From NCBI GenBank assembly GCA_019058245.1, contig JAHPZJ010000020.1, positions 32,001-96,000 on the forward strand: DNA of 64,000 nucleotides, in the 5' to 3' direction. Positions 60,063-64,000 of the stretch are shown here, in pieces. The position numbers and the translations under genes are program-made. Each line of letters begins with the position of its first letter. Position 1 is the stretch's first letter. This stretch comes from Promethearchaeota archaeon (GTDB taxonomy: Archaea > Asgardarchaeota > Lokiarchaeia > Sigyniarchaeales > SOKP01). The notes beneath the pieces were generated by a model. The model saw only the letters and a program-made list of their open reading frames with translations. It did not search any database and had not been told where the DNA came from.

Positions 60063-60788
60063 ATGAAAGTTATAGCAATCAATAGTAGTCCAAATATGGA
60101 TAAAGGTAATACCGCCTTAATCCTTAAACCCTTTCTTAAAGGTATGCAAGAAGTCGGAGCGGAGGTTGAACTATTTTATACTAAAAAACTTAATATTAAT
60201 CCATGTCAAGGTGAATTTAATTGCTGGTACAAGTCTCCAGGCAAATGTTTCCAAAAAGACGACATGCAAATACTCTTACCAAAAATTCTTAAGGCAGATG
60301 TTCTTGTATTTGCCACTCCCCTCTATTGTGATGGAATCAATGGGGCTATGAAAAATCTCTGGGATAGATTGATCCCAGCAGTTTTACCATATTTTGAGCT
60401 ACGTGATGGTCACTGTAGACATCCATTACGTGAAGAAATTAAACCAGTAAAGGTTGTTTTGGTATCCAATTGTGGATTCTGGGAATTAGATAATTTTGAT
60501 CCAATGCTAGCCCACATAAAAGCATTTTGCAAAAATGCTCAATGGGAATTTGCAGGTGCATTACTGAGACCACATGGACCTGTTTTAAGAGCTATGATGG
60601 AGATGGGATTAAATGTAAATGTAATTTTAGACGCAGCGAAAGAAGCTGGACGTCAGCTTATGGAAGACGGCAGAATATCTCTAGAAACACTAAAATCTAT
60701 CAGTAATCAGCTTATACCTTTGGAAATGTTTTTGCAAAATGTCAATAAATATATTGATAAACGAATTAACGCATTAAAGGCTAAGTGA
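60063..60788 (+). CDS. Flavodoxin-like / iron-sulfur flavoprotein (WrbA-like)
   Basis: INSSP...GNT, PCQG.F.CW...PG.C..KDDM, FATPLY. Confidence 0.88.
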   Translation: MKVIAINSSPNMDKGNTALILKPFLKGMQEVGAEVELFYTKKLNINPCQGEFNCWYKSPGKCFQKDDMQILLPKILKADVLVFATPLYCDGINGAMKNLWDRLIPAVLPYFELRDGHCRHPLREEIKPVKVVLVSNCGFWELDNFDPMLAHIKAFCKNAQWEFAGALLRPHGPVLRAMMEMGLNVNVILDAAKEAGRQLMEDGRISLETLKSISNQLIPLEMFLQNVNKYIDKRINALKAK

Positions 60789-60954
60789 CAGAAGGATTTT
60801 GTGTAATGTTCAGATTCCCCTTCATAACACATCTTATTGAATCTAATTTTTTTTTATTAGTTGATGTAATACAAGAGTTGAATCACCAGCAATTATAAGC
60901 GGACAATTACAACTAATAAAGCCATTCCTATTTCCGCAGTGAGCAGATTAGTGG

Positions 60955-61263
60955 TTAATTATATAATTCATTACTTAATGCTGAGACTAATTCCCACCGT
61001 TTCTTACTAACCCATTTATGAGGATTATCAAGAGAAATTGTACGTGTAATATATAAATATCCATCCTCCTCTTGAGCTTTACCAATCCTTTCAATTAATC
61101 TATCTGTATAATCCTCGAGCTGAGGATCAAAGTTTATAATTAATGAATGAACGACGCCTTCAATGATTTTATAAACATCTGACTCATCAAACGTAAAAAT
61201 AGGTTTCTTTCCATCATTTAGTAATCCTGCTGCTCTACTAAAATTAGAAATAAACTCGTAATT
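60955..61263 (-). pseudogene. Fragment of glycoside hydrolase family 127 (beta-L-arabinofuranosidase-like)
   Basis: Start-less frame NF.RAAG...FDESDVYKIIEG...DPQLEDYTDRLIERIGKAQEEDGYLY..RTI...SNELYN*, bounded by stops; about 100 aa of a normally much longer enzyme. Confidence 0.8.
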
Positions 61264-61362
61264 CTATGTACCTAATACATTTTATTAGCATTATAGATTC
61301 TCATATAATAAGTGAAAATTATTTTTAAAAAGGTTCCATTTAGAAAGGCTATAAAGCTATTA

Positions 61363-62115
61363 TTAAATTTTTCTGTGTTTTTTCAGGATATAAATTATCA
61401 TTGCAATACCTATTATAACAACACAAGGAATAACAATTGCTATGAAGATGAGAATGAATCTATCTATTATAGGGGACTTGGTTTTCTCTGCTATGATCTT
61501 TATTTGTACTAATGTATCTCCGTTATAGCATGTCCCTCTTCCATCATCATCGGAATTATCGAGATACAAATAAACAGCGGATGTACCTTCACGCGGACTA
61601 GGCTTTAAACTATATTCAAACGAGAATTGTTGGATACCAATTTTGGTTCCTACTGGTATATCTATTTCGTTTGAAGCACCACCGTCTCCGAATAAGAAAA
61701 CATCGATAGTTGTATTACTAATAATTGTAATATTTAAAAGAAAATAATAATCCAAGAGATCATTGATTGGTAGTATTGACCAATACCGATTATCTAATGT
61801 TCTTGTGGAATTCCATTCAATATTCTTATTTAAATGAAGAGTATCCCTGTAAAACCAAAATACATTTGGAAAAGGATCGGCTTTAGCTTCTTTACATCCT
61901 AATGGCAAAAAAATTAAGAATACTAAGATTACTGTTAAGATTTTGATTTTTTTCATTGAAAATACCTTGGGATTCATGTTTTTATATCCCAAATCATATT
62001 TAAATATTTTCCTCATCGAAAGATAAAGAACTAAGCTACATAGTGGATTTTGATATTTAATAATTTTTTTAGGATTATTATTTATAACGACGTAATTAAT
62101 TTTGAAAAAATGCAC
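61363..62115 (-). CDS. Secreted/membrane-anchored hypothetical protein
   Basis: Likely start near MKKIKILTVILVFLIFLPLG (signal-like), beta-rich middle, C-terminal TM followed by KKHRKI. Confidence 0.65.
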   Translation of the reverse strand: MHFFKINYVVINNNPKKIIKYQNPLCSLVLYLSMRKIFKYDLGYKNMNPKVFSMKKIKILTVILVFLIFLPLGCKEAKADPFPNVFWFYRDTLHLNKNIEWNSTRTLDNRYWSILPINDLLDYYFLLNITIISNTTIDVFLFGDGGASNEIDIPVGTKIGIQQFSFEYSLKPSPREGTSAVYLYLDNSDDDGRGTCYNGDTLVQIKIIAEKTKSPIIDRFILIFIAIVIPCVVIIGIAMIIYILKKHRKI

Positions 62116-62189
62116 CGAGATTTAATTTCTTTCTCAAAGTGTAAATTACTGGTTAAAAACCTAATCTAATAGATTTTTAAAAGATTTAC

Positions 62190-63470
62190 TCACTCAATAT
62201 AGATACCATATTTTCTGAATATCTTTTTAAGTTCTTCGTCTGCAAGATGTTTTAGAATATCCTCCATAGGGGCAATTATCTCATCTGTTTTGGTAGTTCG
62301 ATTTTTACTAATCCTCCCTCCTTTTACTTCTAATGCCGTTTGAGCCCAACTAAATTCATCATTAAATGTAAAGAGGACATCCTTATATGCACCCTCCGTT
62401 CCACCGTCTCTAGCCAATGGTTTTTGTTCAATTGGCACCTCTGGGTCTTGTAAATAACACCAATCAAGGATTACCCATTCCAATTTCCTTTTGGAATCAG
62501 TTCTATCAGCAAGATAAAGACAATAAGCATGCCCTCCTACTTCAGTATTTGATGGAGCAAAAATAGGATCAGCTATCACTTCTGCTGCAGCTACTTTTAC
62601 TCGCCAACTAGGGATACCCGCATTAATTAATAAAGAAGCAATCAAAATTGCCCCATCCTCACAATCTCCGACCTCTGCTTGTATACTCTCGAAAGGGAAT
62701 AACCAAAATTCAGGAACTTCAGCAGTTAAATCATCGAATTTATATTTCAAGAAATTACAAACGAAATTCTGAATAACAAAAGCAGTTTTATTAGGAGTTT
62801 CTCTCCTTAATCCTACATGGGTTATAACATGCCATAATATTGCATCATTTTTTTTAATGAATGCTTTAACATCTACGTCAATTTGTTTTTTATATGCTTC
62901 TGCCCGGAGTGCTCTCCCTGTATAGATTATCGGAGCAGTCTCCCACTTATTATTCCAATAATCTGGACCGTATTCTCCATAATCTCCTTTAAATTCTTCT
63001 ATAGGCTTATAATCAATTGTTGGTATAGGTGATGATGCGGGTTCTTTTTTTTTCTCTGATTTTTTTGCAGGTTTTTTCTCTGGAATTCCTGAAATAGCTT
63101 TAGCATCTTTAATCCAATTTTCAATATCTTTTGGGGGAGGCATTTTTGTAAGCACTTTAGGATTAGCTTTTTTTAATTGCTTTAATTTTTCTAGTGTGCT
63201 TTTTGGATTTCTGCGTGCAAATTCCTTTACAGAATCTATACCAATAAGGTTCAAAGCATTGGCAATTTCAGGATTTACACCTTGAATCTGCATCAATTCT
63301 GCGTGTTCTTGCCAGGTATCAAGAGTTTTTACAGCAACACCTATTGTTCTAGCAAGTTTTCTAATTTGACTTTTTGTAAGTGGAATTAATTCTTCAGTAC
63401 TAGATATTCCCTCTTTTTCTAAAAGTTTAGCATGGTTCTCTTCCAAACCAATAATCTCTGTTAACTTCAA
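62190..63470 (-). CDS. DUF4332 domain fused to a transglutaminase-like cysteine protease domain
   Basis: N-terminal L.EI.G...A.LL...GI and W..HAELMQIQGV...A..L...GIDSV (DUF4332); C-terminal W.FP.E....GDCED, GHAY and WVILDW triad. Confidence 0.8.
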   Translation of the reverse strand: MKLTEIIGLEENHAKLLEKEGISSTEELIPLTKSQIRKLARTIGVAVKTLDTWQEHAELMQIQGVNPEIANALNLIGIDSVKEFARRNPKSTLEKLKQLKKANPKVLTKMPPPKDIENWIKDAKAISGIPEKKPAKKSEKKKEPASSPIPTIDYKPIEEFKGDYGEYGPDYWNNKWETAPIIYTGRALRAEAYKKQIDVDVKAFIKKNDAILWHVITHVGLRRETPNKTAFVIQNFVCNFLKYKFDDLTAEVPEFWLFPFESIQAEVGDCEDGAILIASLLINAGIPSWRVKVAAAEVIADPIFAPSNTEVGGHAYCLYLADRTDSKRKLEWVILDWCYLQDPEVPIEQKPLARDGGTEGAYKDVLFTFNDEFSWAQTALEVKGGRISKNRTTKTDEIIAPMEDILKHLADEELKKIFRKYGIYIE

Positions 63471-63605
63471 AACTTTTTTTCCTTTTTTTTAATTTAATTG
63501 AATTTGATTAGTAAAAATATTATTTCTTTAGTTTAAATTCTTTTTCTATAAGAAATAAATATAGAGATTATATGTATTTGATAAAATGAGTCTTAAAGAT
63601 GTATT

Positions 63606-64000
63606 TCAATTAAATTGGAATTTTATTTTTTCAAGTTGGATTGGTATTAAGACTTTCTTATCTATTAATTCATAGATTAAGCTAGAAGCTTCTTCATTAC
63701 TTAATGTAAAGGAATTACTTATTTCAGTAAATAATTTATCAAGTAAAATTTGACCTTTTGCTTTATGAGAAAGAACCTTAGCAATCTGAAAGATTTCTTT
63801 TGATTTTAGAGACATATTTTTTCCTCTTGGAGAACTTATTTTAAAAGGATAAATCAAATACAAATGAAAAACATCCTCAATTATGTTGTTTAAAGTCCGT
63901 TTTGAGTAAGGATCCTTTCGAAAGATTGATATATCTCCATTGAATTTTGAATATAACTCTTTTATTTCTCTTTCATATAAATTTTCAAACAAATTACAAA
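63606..64000 (-). CDS. Hypothetical protein, C-terminal part (runs off the window)
   Basis: F.GDISIF longin-like end followed by a winged-helix-like tail. Confidence 0.55.
   Translation of the reverse strand, partial: CNLFENLYEREIKELYSKFNGDISIFRKDPYSKRTLNNIIEDVFHLYLIYPFKISSPRGKNMSLKSKEIFQIAKVLSHKAKGQILLDKLFTEISNSFTLSNEEASSLIYELIDKKVLIPIQLEKIKFQFN

Noticed and set aside
1158-61512. Many short ORF-track entries antisense or out of frame to long genes (e.g. 14350-14865, 16174-16593, 43708-44109, 46392-46751, 58957-59340)
   Set aside because: They lie within or largely overlap well-supported genes and have S/F/L/I-rich shadow composition with no motifs.
1-64000. Selenoprotein (UGA read-through), tRNA/rRNA, transposase or provirus
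   Set aside because: No known selenoprotein family, cloverleaf, rRNA-like tract, integrase, transposase or capsid motif was noticed by eye; a covariance-model scan was not possible.

Overview
AT-rich, gene-dense archaeal chromosome segment. The gene content points to an Asgard archaeon, most likely Lokiarchaeia/Promethearchaeia (inference from a Rab-like GTPase, longin and roadblock proteins, a ubiquitin-like modifier, the Sm-L37e pair, SepF, PINA, and Loki-type LRR and SIR2-TPR proteins). I saw no tRNA, rRNA, CRISPR array or transposase. Most genes are housekeeping or metabolic. The strongest candidate for an undescribed system is 38.4-48.5 kb. There, a translationally coupled pair of soluble LRR-TIR proteins (one keeps the TIR catalytic Glu; the other is a pseudo-TIR with an inserted duplicated helical domain) is followed by an intact nicotinamidase. 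It is transcribed divergently from a WD40-transmembrane protein, a catalytically altered nicotinamidase-like protein and quinolinate synthase nadA. This looks like an immune-receptor-like NADase pair embedded in NAD+ supply genes. Other notable items: several genes missed or truncated by the ORF track appear to start at ATT/ATC exactly 6 nt after a (G)GTGA ribosome-binding motif, including a hidden ubiquitin-like gene ending in GG-F; a SIRT6/7 (class IV)-like sirtuin; an SSUH2-like Zn-finger protein; a SIR2-TPR protein with a poly-Lys tail; and a GH127 pseudogene. All family calls come from motif recognition by eye; no searches were run.
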